Origin: an uncultured Candidatus Actinomarina sp. | GTDB lineage: Bacteria; Actinomycetota; Acidimicrobiia; Actinomarinales; Actinomarinaceae | Assembly (NCBI GenBank): GCA_902609285.1 | Contig: CACLRL010000003.1 | Span: forward strand, 7,815-71,814 | Reading direction: 5' to 3' | DNA: 64,000 bases | Part shown: in pieces, positions 39,162-48,844 of the stretch | Position numbering within the stretch: position 1 is the first letter of the stretch | Layout: every line of letters starts with the position of its first letter | Notes under the pieces: generated by a model | Seen by the model: the letters and a program-made list of their open reading frames with translations, nothing else | Told to the model about the DNA's origin: nothing | Database searches by the model: none | Translations under genes and position numbers: made by a program

Positions 39162-40099
39162 AAATTGGAGCAATGGTGCCTCAAGGTTGGAGGATGGATT
39201 TAAATGGCATTCCACCAGAAAACCAATGGGATACTATTTTAAAAGCATCAAAACAAATTGAAGACTTAAATTATGAATCTGTATGGGTATATGATCATTT
39301 TCACACAGTTCCATCACCCACCCAAGATCCAACATTTGAGTGTTGGTCATTAATGGCTGCCTTATCTCAAGTAACTGAAAAAGTTAGGATTGGACAAATG
39401 TGTACATGTAACTCGTATAGAAATCCTGCGTATTTAACAAAAGTAGCATCGACAATAGATTCAATGTCAGGTGGTAGATTGGAATTTGCAATTGGAGCTG
39501 GATGGTATGACCAAGAATATAAAGCTTACGGTTATGAATATCCATCCGCCGGTATTCGCTTAAAAATGCTTGAGGAAGCTTTACAAATATATATAGCTAT
39601 GAATACAGAAGAAAAAGCTACATTTGATGGAGAATTTTATTCTATAAAAAACGCAATCAATCAACCGAAACCCTTACAAAAACCATATCCACCTCTTTGG
39701 GTTTGTGGAGGTGGAGAAAAAGTGACACTCAAATTACTTGCAAAGTATGGTGATTATGGAAATTGGGATGTTGATGTAGATGGATTTATTCATAAATCAG
39801 AAATTCTTAAAAACCATTGTGAACAGCAGGAGAGAGATTTTTCAAGTATTAAAAAAACATTGCATACAAATGTAATCATCGGAGAAAATCAAAAAGATTT
39901 AGAGAATAAAATTGAAAAAATTTCAACTGTCACAGGAATACCAAAAGAAATGTACATAGATAAACCTCTCGTAGGAACTCAAGAGAAGGTATTTAATACT
40001 GTTGATGAATTTAAATCTGTCGATTGTTCATATATTATTGCTTATATCCCCGATATTGTCTGGGGTAACAGCCTTGAAATCTTATCAGAAAAGATTTAA
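39158..40099 (+). CDS. LLM-class (luciferase-like) flavin/F420-dependent oxidoreductase
   Basis: MKIGAMVP...ESVWVYDHF...RLEFAIGAGW... is the TIM-barrel LLM family. Confidence 0.8.
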   Translation: MKIGAMVPQGWRMDLNGIPPENQWDTILKASKQIEDLNYESVWVYDHFHTVPSPTQDPTFECWSLMAALSQVTEKVRIGQMCTCNSYRNPAYLTKVASTIDSMSGGRLEFAIGAGWYDQEYKAYGYEYPSAGIRLKMLEEALQIYIAMNTEEKATFDGEFYSIKNAINQPKPLQKPYPPLWVCGGGEKVTLKLLAKYGDYGNWDVDVDGFIHKSEILKNHCEQQERDFSSIKKTLHTNVIIGENQKDLENKIEKISTVTGIPKEMYIDKPLVGTQEKVFNTVDEFKSVDCSYIIAYIPDIVWGNSLEILSEKI

Positions 40100-40131
40100 A
40101 AAAAACGGAAGCCCCCAAAAAGGAGGCTTCC
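40093..40131 (-). terminator. intrinsic terminator in the convergent LLM / DUF3048 gap
   Basis: GC-rich stem GGAAGCC (40107-40113) / GGCTTCC (40125-40131). On the minus strand it is followed by U8 (plus-strand A-run 40098-40105), which overlaps the LLM stop codon. Confidence 0.6.
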
Positions 40132-40206
40132 CAACAGGGCTGCGTATCACACTTAATTGAAACGCACTCTTAGATTACCATGAACTTTTCTTAAAAGTAA
40201 AGCTAT

Positions 40207-42201
40207 TTACCCAAAAGAAGGCGATTTTGTATTTGGTACCAGAGAAATCCATACTTTACCCTTTGGAACATACAATATGTTGTTGTTGCTGTCGAAAATA
40301 TGAAAAGGATCTAAATTAGAACCTCTCTTCCACGTAGCATCAATCATCTTTCCCCCGTGTAAAAGGATCGCTCTACCCTCACCAACAGTTTTTACAGAAG
40401 GAAGTTGCAAGGGATGTACATATGGCTCACAAAATAAAGCAATAACAGTATCAAAAGATATTTGACCCGTGTTTCCATTTTCATCTGACCAATAATGAAC
40501 ATTGTCGTATTTTTGATTTTGGTAAGCATCATAATATGTTCTTAAATATGTTGAGCCATTCCATGTCCAAGTTGTTTCTGTGTATCCAGAAAAAAGCAAT
40601 GTTAAAAAAGAGTTTGCCTGCCAATTATTAAAAGTTGGATCCCCCCAAGGAAATAATGGTTGTGGGGTATTAACTTTTTTATACCCTTTGGATACCGCTG
40701 TTGATTTTAATTTCTGTGTATCGGCATACAAATTGTGAGGTGGTTTTCTTGATGAAATCCTAAAATAATCAGGTCTTCTATCTGTAATAACTGGAACACC
40801 CATATCATTTATTTCAGGAATTAATCCACCAGTTGCACCACTTGCTACCAATACACCACCCAATGGTCGTAAAACGGTAGGATCAGTCGGTCTTGCTGAT
40901 CTTATTGGTCCGTGATATGAAATATCACTTTGATAAAAAATATTTATAAATCTTGTCATTCCTCCTTCGACTAAAACTTCAAATACCGCATCGGCATTTT
41001 GTGGTCCGGATTGTGGACGTGCCATAACGTTATTATCATTTTTTATTCCAATAACTATTGAATTATTTGAATTTGGTGACATTGGTAGTCCGTTAACGGG
41101 TGAATTTATTCCTGGTAAATAGTTTTGTGTTGATACTTCCCCAAGTGAATTATATGTTTTTTCTTTAGTACGTGACCAATTTTGATTTAAATATGCATCA
41201 AGCTCTGCTTGAGAATTTACTTGAGCAGTTTGACCATACCTAAATACAAATACTGGATAAAAGCAAGGATCCGGAACCCAAATTTGCATATCATTAACAT
41301 ATCCAACAATACATATTGCATTTGGATTATAGTTTCTTAAATCTAACGCTGAATTACTAGTAGTTGAAGAAGATACTGGCTGATTACCAATTGAAACGTA
41401 TGAATCTTCACCTTTTTCTAATGCAGACTTAGTCTTTGGTCCTAAAATTCCATCAACAACAAGCCCCGATAATTTTTGAAATTCTTTAATGGCATTTTTA
41501 GTTTTAATTCCAAGAATGCCATCTATTACACCTTTATAAATATCTAAATCTTTAAGTAGGGTTTGAGCGTCTTCAATGCCTTTTGAATAGGTTACTTCAG
41601 ATACATTTTCAATTTCTGCACCACCAATTGAAATGTATGAATCTTCACCTTTTTCTAATGCAGACTTAGTCTTTGGTCCTAAAATTCCATCAACAACAAG
41701 CCCCGATAATTTTTGAAATTCTTTAATGGCATTTTTAGTTTCAATTCCAAGAATGCCATCTATATCACCAATATATAAACCCAATTTAAAAAGTTGATTC
41801 TGTGCATCTTCTAGAGACAATACTTTAATAGGTAATGATGTTGTAGTTGATGAAGTAGTTGTACTTGAAGAAGTGGATGTTACTACAAGAGTAGTCGATG
41901 TAATTGATGATAAAGGTATATTAGATTCAGTAACAATTTCAGAAACTAATGATTGATCTGAGATTTGTAAATTATTTGTTGTAATAAAAATTGAAATAAT
42001 TAAACCAAAAACAGCAACAGTAGAAATTATGTATCGTTTGTAAGTGTTATCATTTCCACCCGTAACAAGATGAAGGTCATCAATCTCAATTAAATCTGAC
42101 TCTATTGAGGTAGTTTCAGTATCTCTATTGATTTTGGGATACGTACGTTTTTTGTTTCTTTTAGAATATAAATTTTTATGTAAACTTTTTTCCATACACA
42201 A
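40207..42201 (-). CDS. membrane-anchored exported protein with two PG_binding_1 modules and a C-terminal DUF3048 domain
   Basis: N-terminal cytoplasmic tail plus TM (YIISTVAVFGLIISIFI) and a Ser/Thr-rich linker. Two near-identical peptidoglycan-binding modules (IDGILGI.TKNAIKEFQKLSGLVVDGILGPKTKSALEKG). C-terminal DUF3048-like region (RPQSGPQNADAVFEVLVEGGMTRF...GPIRSARPTDP), as in B. subtilis YerB-type proteins. Confidence 0.65.
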   Translation of the reverse strand: MCMEKSLHKNLYSKRNKKRTYPKINRDTETTSIESDLIEIDDLHLVTGGNDNTYKRYIISTVAVFGLIISIFITTNNLQISDQSLVSEIVTESNIPLSSITSTTLVVTSTSSSTTTSSTTTSLPIKVLSLEDAQNQLFKLGLYIGDIDGILGIETKNAIKEFQKLSGLVVDGILGPKTKSALEKGEDSYISIGGAEIENVSEVTYSKGIEDAQTLLKDLDIYKGVIDGILGIKTKNAIKEFQKLSGLVVDGILGPKTKSALEKGEDSYVSIGNQPVSSSTTSNSALDLRNYNPNAICIVGYVNDMQIWVPDPCFYPVFVFRYGQTAQVNSQAELDAYLNQNWSRTKEKTYNSLGEVSTQNYLPGINSPVNGLPMSPNSNNSIVIGIKNDNNVMARPQSGPQNADAVFEVLVEGGMTRFINIFYQSDISYHGPIRSARPTDPTVLRPLGGVLVASGATGGLIPEINDMGVPVITDRRPDYFRISSRKPPHNLYADTQKLKSTAVSKGYKKVNTPQPLFPWGDPTFNNWQANSFLTLLFSGYTETTWTWNGSTYLRTYYDAYQNQKYDNVHYWSDENGNTGQISFDTVIALFCEPYVHPLQLPSVKTVGEGRAILLHGGKMIDATWKRGSNLDPFHIFDSNNNILYVPKGKVWISLVPNTKSPSFG
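41386..41769. repeat. 147-bp direct tandem-like duplication (copies 41386-41532 and 41623-41769, period 237 bp, about 4 mismatches)
   Basis: Read directly from the sequence: ccaattgaaa[c/t]gtatgaatcttcacctttttctaatgcagacttagtctttggtcctaaaattccatcaacaacaagccccgataatttttgaaattctttaatggcatttttagtt[t/c]taattccaagaatgccatctat. It encodes the duplicated PG-binding module. Confidence 0.9.
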
Positions 42202-42252
42202 CCCTAGATATTATTTTAGTAAATAAATATTTAGGTAATTTATTAATAGAAA

Positions 42253-43359
42253 TTAATTATCAGCGATAATTATTTCACCATTTAAAGGTAATAAATGAAT
42301 CCATTGTTTACTTGGAGGTACTTCTATTTTATTTTGGTTTGTATCAAGAAATTCAAACGGATCAGAAATATCGTTTCTTCTCCAAGTTCCTTCAACATAA
42401 TTACCATCATGAAAAATAGTTAATGGTCCAACACCAACTGTTAAAACACTTGGAAGAGTTGTAGCCTCATCATTATAAAGTGGACCTTGTATTACGACTA
42501 CTGTTGGTGATTTTAAGATGTCTGAGTAACCATCTCTTGTAATGAAATTATGTGCAACTGCTTCATCATTAGAAGAATAACCATCAACAATGAAACGATT
42601 ATATTCTTCATTATCAAATTTCCAAATAACTGTTGTAAAATCGCTATATTTTAAAGTCACTCTATTTGCTCCTGTTGACCAACTTGACTGATTATTTCCA
42701 AAATTATATAGAGGATTTACATCTTGATTAAACAAGAAACCCTGTTGGTCGATATATTCTCTAACGAGTTCTGTATCTGCATATAAATTATGAGGAGCAA
42801 CTCTATCTGAAATTCTAAACATTGTTGGAGCAGAGACTTCTTCAAGGACAGGAACTCCTAAATCCCTAATTGTAGGTATTAATCCTGCTGTTGCTCCAGA
42901 AACAACTAACACTCCTCCATAAGGCCTTATAAGTGTTGGATCAGTAGGTCGAGCAGATCGGATTGGTCCAATATATGCACTTGTTTTATCAAGATAAAAA
43001 GCAAGAAATCTGGTCATTCCACCTTCTACCAAAATTTCCATAACTGAATCAGCTTCTTGTAAGCCTGACTGTGGCCTTGCATTAAGGTTATTATCAATTT
43101 TAAAAGCAATTACACGTCTGGGTCTTTTAAGCCATATTTCTGGAGATAATTCTAAACCTGTAAAAGGTGACATTTTTTCTTTATCATATACATAGCTTTC
43201 AACTACTTCTTTATTGTCTAAAGTTGTCGTAGTATTTTCTTCAACATTGGTTGTTACAGTTGTAGAACTACTTGTTGTATCAGTGATATCTGTTGCGTTT
43301 TCAGCAGATGTACAAGCTACTAATGTTATCAACAAAAAAAATAAAGTAAATTTTTTCAT
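42253..43359 (-). CDS. DUF3048-domain lipoprotein (paralog of the downstream gene)
   Basis: Lipobox LITLVAC and a Thr-rich linker. RPQSGLQEADSVMEILVEGGMTRF...GPIRSARPTDPTLIRPYGGVLVVSGATAGLIP parallels the C-terminal domain of 40207-42201. Confidence 0.65.
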   Translation of the reverse strand: MKKFTLFFLLITLVACTSAENATDITDTTSSSTTVTTNVEENTTTTLDNKEVVESYVYDKEKMSPFTGLELSPEIWLKRPRRVIAFKIDNNLNARPQSGLQEADSVMEILVEGGMTRFLAFYLDKTSAYIGPIRSARPTDPTLIRPYGGVLVVSGATAGLIPTIRDLGVPVLEEVSAPTMFRISDRVAPHNLYADTELVREYIDQQGFLFNQDVNPLYNFGNNQSSWSTGANRVTLKYSDFTTVIWKFDNEEYNRFIVDGYSSNDEAVAHNFITRDGYSDILKSPTVVVIQGPLYNDEATTLPSVLTVGVGPLTIFHDGNYVEGTWRRNDISDPFEFLDTNQNKIEVPPSKQWIHLLPLNGEIIIADN

Positions 43360-43363
43360 AGAA

Positions 43364-45010
43364 TCATACTAGTGCTGAGAATCCTACTTTTAAGAAATTA
43401 ATTATCGAATTATTAATCTGAAAATATGTTAGATTTTTAAATAATCTTCTTGATTTTCTATTAGTTATATACCATGGTGGATCAATTAATCTTGATATAC
43501 GAAATTTTGTCTCAACTACACCCTTTAAAGGTGATTCGAATAAAAAAGTATTATGTACTACAGATTGACCACTTTGTATGTCGTTATCTTTGTTTCCTGG
43601 AAAGCCACCCCAAGGTAATTGCGGAATAATATATCCAATTGCAGCCCATTCATTTATAGCTACGGTTCCGTAATTTAATTTCTCAATGTAATTTTCTAAT
43701 ATGTGTTGATTGTGCTTTTTACCATGATGTTTCATTAATACTGAGACACCTAGATTACCCCATAATTCTTCATTACAATATTTAACAGCCTTTAATGAAT
43801 AATCTTCTGGTGAAGTGTATTCTATTTTTTTAAAATAAAGTGTAGAGGACCAAACTTCATCTAGTTCATACTTATTGTATGCTTTAATTTCTCGTGTTAA
43901 ATGTGGCGTAACACAACTTAGTTTGTTAACTCTTTCATATGACTTGTCCTTTTCAAGTTTATTTAATCTTTCAATACTATCTGGATAATAGGCTTTTCTA
44001 TCTTTGGCTTTATTCATATAAAATTTTATATATTTGATCAATGTCTCTGTTTGGCCCCAGCCATCAGGAAGAACAACTACTTGAGCAGCTATACAATTAA
44101 ACCCATTATTATTTAGCTTTCCTGTCACTATTTTTCTAGCTTGATATTTAATATCTGATGTTGACCATTTGCCAGGATGAATTATAAACGGTGTAACATT
44201 ACCAAGTTCAGATGTAATGGGTTTTGTATTCACTTTTGATATATTTTTCAATTTCTTCTCTTTATCATTCAATTCTCTTCCATAAACAATTTCTTCAAAA
44301 GTTTTGTCAGATCCAGTTAAGTGAATATGATTCACACCAGCGTGAGTAGCCATATATTTAGATTCCTCAATATTGCCAGTAGTTATTATTACATATCCTC
44401 TTTCAATAAAATTTTGAAATACTTTCTCGAACACAGGTTTGAGATATTCGTTGACTGGATTTAACTTAAGCAAAATAACTGATCTGCGAGTTATAAGATG
44501 GTAAAGAACATCTAAATATGGGATAGAAGAAAAATTGCCTGCTCCTAAAACTAAAGTAATAGAAGGATCTATATCGAATCGTCTTGAAAAACCTCTAAAT
44601 TTATTTATATCTTCAAATGACATTGATTTATTAAAATACACTTTTGCATCTATGAAGGGAAAAGTAATTTTTTCAATGAACTTATTCGGAAATACTTTAT
44701 AACTGTTTTCTTCTTTGTTAAAAGAGTCTAAAGATAAATCATCACTTGACTGAAGTGTTTCAATGTAATATTGAGTAGCAAGTACTGCAGCAAATGGTCC
44801 ACCCAGCCACTCCTCACCTTCTGCGGGAGTCTTAGTTGTTCCCTTATTATCAGAGCAAACGGTTGACCAAAAGTAAGCCACTTCATTGATATTTGAAATT
44901 ACATTTTCAAGCATTGAAGAAAGTTGTAAGTCTGAAATATTATTAAATTCTTTAGAATTTGTCCTTAAGGTTGTTATGTATCTATCAATATCTAATTTTG
45001 TAAGGGACAT
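43364..45010 (-). CDS. aldehyde dehydrogenase-superfamily protein, divergent (548 aa)
   Basis: ELGNVTP (catalytic Glu region) and NNGFNCIAAQ (catalytic Cys region) resemble ALDH motifs, plus an HLTGSDKTFEEIVYG Rossmann-like segment. The assignment is from memory of ALDH motifs. Confidence 0.45.
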   Translation of the reverse strand: MSLTKLDIDRYITTLRTNSKEFNNISDLQLSSMLENVISNINEVAYFWSTVCSDNKGTTKTPAEGEEWLGGPFAAVLATQYYIETLQSSDDLSLDSFNKEENSYKVFPNKFIEKITFPFIDAKVYFNKSMSFEDINKFRGFSRRFDIDPSITLVLGAGNFSSIPYLDVLYHLITRRSVILLKLNPVNEYLKPVFEKVFQNFIERGYVIITTGNIEESKYMATHAGVNHIHLTGSDKTFEEIVYGRELNDKEKKLKNISKVNTKPITSELGNVTPFIIHPGKWSTSDIKYQARKIVTGKLNNNGFNCIAAQVVVLPDGWGQTETLIKYIKFYMNKAKDRKAYYPDSIERLNKLEKDKSYERVNKLSCVTPHLTREIKAYNKYELDEVWSSTLYFKKIEYTSPEDYSLKAVKYCNEELWGNLGVSVLMKHHGKKHNQHILENYIEKLNYGTVAINEWAAIGYIIPQLPWGGFPGNKDNDIQSGQSVVHNTFLFESPLKGVVETKFRISRLIDPPWYITNRKSRRLFKNLTYFQINNSIINFLKVGFSALV

Positions 45011-45019
45011 ACTTACATA

Positions 45020-46525
45020 TTATTCAGTTATTTCGAGAAGTTCAAAATCTCCCCAGTTAACTGTTAAAAATTTTGCAGGAATAAGTTCATTCGGTCTACC
45101 TACAGGTAAGTTTTTGGGATAATCTTCAAGAACTATATCCTCCTGTTGTAAATCTGAAATAATTATCTTTAAGCTATCAGCTAGATCATCTAAAGTTTCT
45201 TTAGATTGAGTTTCTGTTGGCTCAAACATCAAGGCTTCTGGAACAATTAATGGAAAGTATATTGTTGGTGAATGAAAGCCTTTATCTAAAAGTGCTTTGC
45301 CTACATCGTATGCTTTTATCTTATGAGATTTCTTTAAGTCTTTAACAGAAGTCACAAATTCATGCATACATGGTTCATCATAAGCTAGTGGAATAATTTT
45401 AGAAACTTTAGAGCTAAGATACCTTGCATTTAGAACTGCATAGGCACCTAAGGTATCTAAACCTTCTTTTCCAAGTAGTTTCATATATACAAGCGCTCTT
45501 AAGGTAACTAAAAAGTTTCCATGATATCCATGCATTCTTCCAATACTATTTTCAGGTTGATACCAGTTATATTTTCTGTCTTTATTCTGAACGATAGGTC
45601 CTGGTAGGTATTCCTTTAAAAATTCTTTTACAGCAACCGGGCCAGATCCTGGACCTCCACCACCATGAGGTGTTGCAAATGTTTTGTGAAGATTTGAATG
45701 AACTATATCAAAACCCATATCTCCAGGTCTTGAAGTACCTACAATCGCATTTAAATTAGCTCCATCATAGTAAAGTAACCCACCAGCATTGTGAATGATT
45801 TGTGATATAGTTAAAATTTCCTCTTCAAATAAGCCACCAGTGTTTGGATTAGTTAACATCAAACCAGCGGTGTTTTCATTTACTATATCTTTTAATTTCT
45901 CAATATTTACCATTCCTCTATCATCTGTTTCAACCTCAACAACAGTAAATCCTGCCATACGTGCAGATGCAGGATTAGTACCATGAGCAGAATCAGGTAC
46001 TATAATTTCTGTCTTATTTGTAAGATTATTAATTTCTAAATATTTTTTAATAATAAGTAATCCAGTTAATTCTCCAGAGGCACCTGCTGGTGGTTGAAAA
46101 CTTGCGTAGTCCATACCAGTAATCTCGCATAAGTAATTACCAATTTCATACATAACTTTTAAACATCCCTGAGTAAATTCTTCTGGCATAGAAGGATGCA
46201 TATTTGCAAATCTAGAATCAGAAGCAATAGAGTCAGCAAATCTTGGATTATATTTCATCGTACAAGATCCAAGTGGATAGAAACCTAAATCAACAGCAAA
46301 GTTTCTATGAGCCAATCTCGAATAATGCATGACTAAATCGTGTTCAGAAACTTCTGGTAATCTGGCTTTTTCTTTTTTTAATGATTCATGATTAATTTTG
46401 ACCTCAGGTACATCTAATTTAGGAAAGTTGGATGCCCTTCTTCCTGGGCTCGATAATTCTTTAATTGTCGGTTCAGGTTTACCTCCAACTAATGGAAGTG
46501 AACTAGCGTTACCACCACTAACCAT
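45020..46525 (-). CDS. gcvPB: glycine dehydrogenase (decarboxylating) subunit 2
   Basis: Split P-protein C-terminal half with the PLP-lysine region ...SNLHKTFATPHGGGGPG. Confidence 0.9.
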   Translation of the reverse strand: MVSGGNASSLPLVGGKPEPTIKELSSPGRRASNFPKLDVPEVKINHESLKKEKARLPEVSEHDLVMHYSRLAHRNFAVDLGFYPLGSCTMKYNPRFADSIASDSRFANMHPSMPEEFTQGCLKVMYEIGNYLCEITGMDYASFQPPAGASGELTGLLIIKKYLEINNLTNKTEIIVPDSAHGTNPASARMAGFTVVEVETDDRGMVNIEKLKDIVNENTAGLMLTNPNTGGLFEEEILTISQIIHNAGGLLYYDGANLNAIVGTSRPGDMGFDIVHSNLHKTFATPHGGGGPGSGPVAVKEFLKEYLPGPIVQNKDRKYNWYQPENSIGRMHGYHGNFLVTLRALVYMKLLGKEGLDTLGAYAVLNARYLSSKVSKIIPLAYDEPCMHEFVTSVKDLKKSHKIKAYDVGKALLDKGFHSPTIYFPLIVPEALMFEPTETQSKETLDDLADSLKIIISDLQQEDIVLEDYPKNLPVGRPNELIPAKFLTVNWGDFELLEITE

Positions 46526-47825
46526 TGTCTATCTCCTGTAAAGCTTCAATATAACTGTCAATCTCTGTTTTTTTTCTTTTCTCAGTAACTGCAACTAAAA
46601 CATGTTTATCATCGTAGTAAATACCAGCTAAAAATCCTTTGTCTCCCATTTTGTTAATAACTTCAGAAGCATTAGTTTTTACTTCTAATAAAAACTCTCT
46701 TAAGCTTGAATCGTCATTAGGAATAACATAACCATTCTTAATTAACGATTTTTTCATGTAGTTGGCTTTTTGTATTGAGTGATAACCCATATCATATAAA
46801 CCTTCTGGCCCAAGCCATGAAAGATGGATTGCAGATCCAATTGCATTAAGCGTTTGATTTGTACAGATATTTGATGATGCTTTTTCTCTGCGTATATCTT
46901 GTTCTCTTGCCCTTAAGGTCATTACATAAGATTTGTTGCCATCTTTATCTCTTGATTCACCAATTAAACGTCCTGGTACTAATCGAGCAAATTCTTTTTT
47001 GGTAGCGAACCATCCGACTGTAGGACCTCCAAATGATAATGGAGATCCAAGAGATTGTCCTTCGGCAACTATAATATCAAATCCCATTTGTCCTGGTGTT
47101 GTAAGAACTCCCAACATTGATGGATCAACATAACAAATTGTAACAATTCCTTTATCTTTGGCTTTTGTTACTAATTCAGTAAGATCTTGGCAGGAACCCT
47201 CATAATGAGGATAAGAAACAACAAATGCTGCTTGTGATTCATCAAAATCATAATCTGTTGGAAATAAGTAATTATCTAAATCAACATAATTTAAATTAAA
47301 TTTATTTTTATCAATCAAAGTATTTATAACCTCTTTGCTGTTCGGGTTAAAACCTGATGAAATTATTACATCATCTCGTTTAGTTTTATTTATGGCTACA
47401 GAAATTGCTTCTGCAATTGATGTTGCTCCATCATATAATGATGCATTCGCTAATTCCATATCTGTCAGATCACAAACTAATGATTGAAATTCAAATAATA
47501 CTTGAAGAATTCCTTGAGAGATTTCAGCTTGATAAGGAGTATAAGAAGTCATAAATTCAGGTCTCATTGTTAGTGATTTAACAGTTTGAGGTAAATAAAC
47601 ATCGTAATGACCTCCACCAGCAAAACACACTAATTCAGATTTGTTACGTGCAGCAATATCATTAAAGTAATCAATTGATTCAAGTTCTGATAAAGACTCT
47701 GGTAAATCTAGACCATTTTCAAGAAGTAATGCATCTGGTATATGTGTAAAGAGATCGTCGAGTGAATTAATACTTAATTCATCAAACATTTTTTTCAAAT
47801 CAAGTTCTGAATGTGGTATAAACAT
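46518..47825 (-). CDS. gcvPA: glycine dehydrogenase (decarboxylating) subunit 1
   Basis: Split P-protein N-terminal half (FAGGGHYD..., GFDIIVAEGQSLG). Confidence 0.9.
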   Translation of the reverse strand: MFIPHSELDLKKMFDELSINSLDDLFTHIPDALLLENGLDLPESLSELESIDYFNDIAARNKSELVCFAGGGHYDVYLPQTVKSLTMRPEFMTSYTPYQAEISQGILQVLFEFQSLVCDLTDMELANASLYDGATSIAEAISVAINKTKRDDVIISSGFNPNSKEVINTLIDKNKFNLNYVDLDNYLFPTDYDFDESQAAFVVSYPHYEGSCQDLTELVTKAKDKGIVTICYVDPSMLGVLTTPGQMGFDIIVAEGQSLGSPLSFGGPTVGWFATKKEFARLVPGRLIGESRDKDGNKSYVMTLRAREQDIRREKASSNICTNQTLNAIGSAIHLSWLGPEGLYDMGYHSIQKANYMKKSLIKNGYVIPNDDSSLREFLLEVKTNASEVINKMGDKGFLAGIYYDDKHVLVAVTEKRKKTEIDSYIEALQEIDNG

Positions 47826-48844
47826 TAGCTTAAAAACCTCTTATTTACTATATTTCCTTCTATTAAATTACCACGAATATCGAACTCTATTAAATCCTGA
47901 GAAGGCTTATTTTCAAAAAGAATAAATCCAATACTTTTATTTAATATGGGCGAGAAATTCCCAGAGGTAACAACACCTTTAATATCACCTGAAATACCAA
48001 TTGTCTTAGTTCTTGCAATTTTTCTAGATTTAATAGTAAATTTCTTTAAAATTTTATGATTTCCATCTTGTATTTGTGCTTTTAGTCTGTCTGAACCTAA
48101 AAAATCTTGTTCGTTTGTAATTGTCCAGGATAAAGAGGCTTCGACAGGTGTTATATCTTCAGTTAACTCAAATCCATATAATGGAAGTGATGCTTCAAGT
48201 CTAAGTGTATCTCTAGAACCTAATCCACATGGTTTTATACCTTTTTTGATAAGAAAACTAATAAGGGAATCTGCTTCATCATTACTTGCCATAATTTCAA
48301 TACCATCTTCTCCTGTATAACCAGTTCGTGCATACATAAAGTTGTCTGATTTTGCTGTACTGAACTTATCAGGTATTTCAAATCTATCATTAATAAGTTC
48401 AATTGTATTTGGTCCTTGAATAGCTATCAAAACTGTGTCTAGTGATTTATCAATAAAATCAACTTTGTGGTCAGCTAAATGTGATTTAATTTTAGAGGCA
48501 TTTGATGCATTAGGAATCAAAATGATTTTATCTTCAAATTTCCAAAAAATTACATCATCTAATGCATTTCCATGTTCATTTGTAAAAATAGAATACAATG
48601 CTTTGTTCATCGGTATATTTATTAAGTCAGAACAGATTAATGAAGAAATCTTATCTAATTCTGAATAATCAATTTCTAAACGTCCCATATGAGATACATC
48701 AAAGAAACCCGATGAATTTCTTACAATATCATGTTCTTTTAACGTGCCTTCATACGAAAAAGGCATCGACCAATCACCAAAATCAATAAATTTTGCATTA
48801 TTAGATTCGTGAAATGAATGTAGTTGAGTTGTTTTTTTATCCAT
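47825..48844 (-). CDS. gcvT: aminomethyltransferase (glycine cleavage T protein)
   Basis: ...DVSHMGRLEI..., ARTGYTGEDGIEI. Confidence 0.9.
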   Translation of the reverse strand: MDKKTTQLHSFHESNNAKFIDFGDWSMPFSYEGTLKEHDIVRNSSGFFDVSHMGRLEIDYSELDKISSLICSDLINIPMNKALYSIFTNEHGNALDDVIFWKFEDKIILIPNASNASKIKSHLADHKVDFIDKSLDTVLIAIQGPNTIELINDRFEIPDKFSTAKSDNFMYARTGYTGEDGIEIMASNDEADSLISFLIKKGIKPCGLGSRDTLRLEASLPLYGFELTEDITPVEASLSWTITNEQDFLGSDRLKAQIQDGNHKILKKFTIKSRKIARTKTIGISGDIKGVVTSGNFSPILNKSIGFILFENKPSQDLIEFDIRGNLIEGNIVNKRFLS

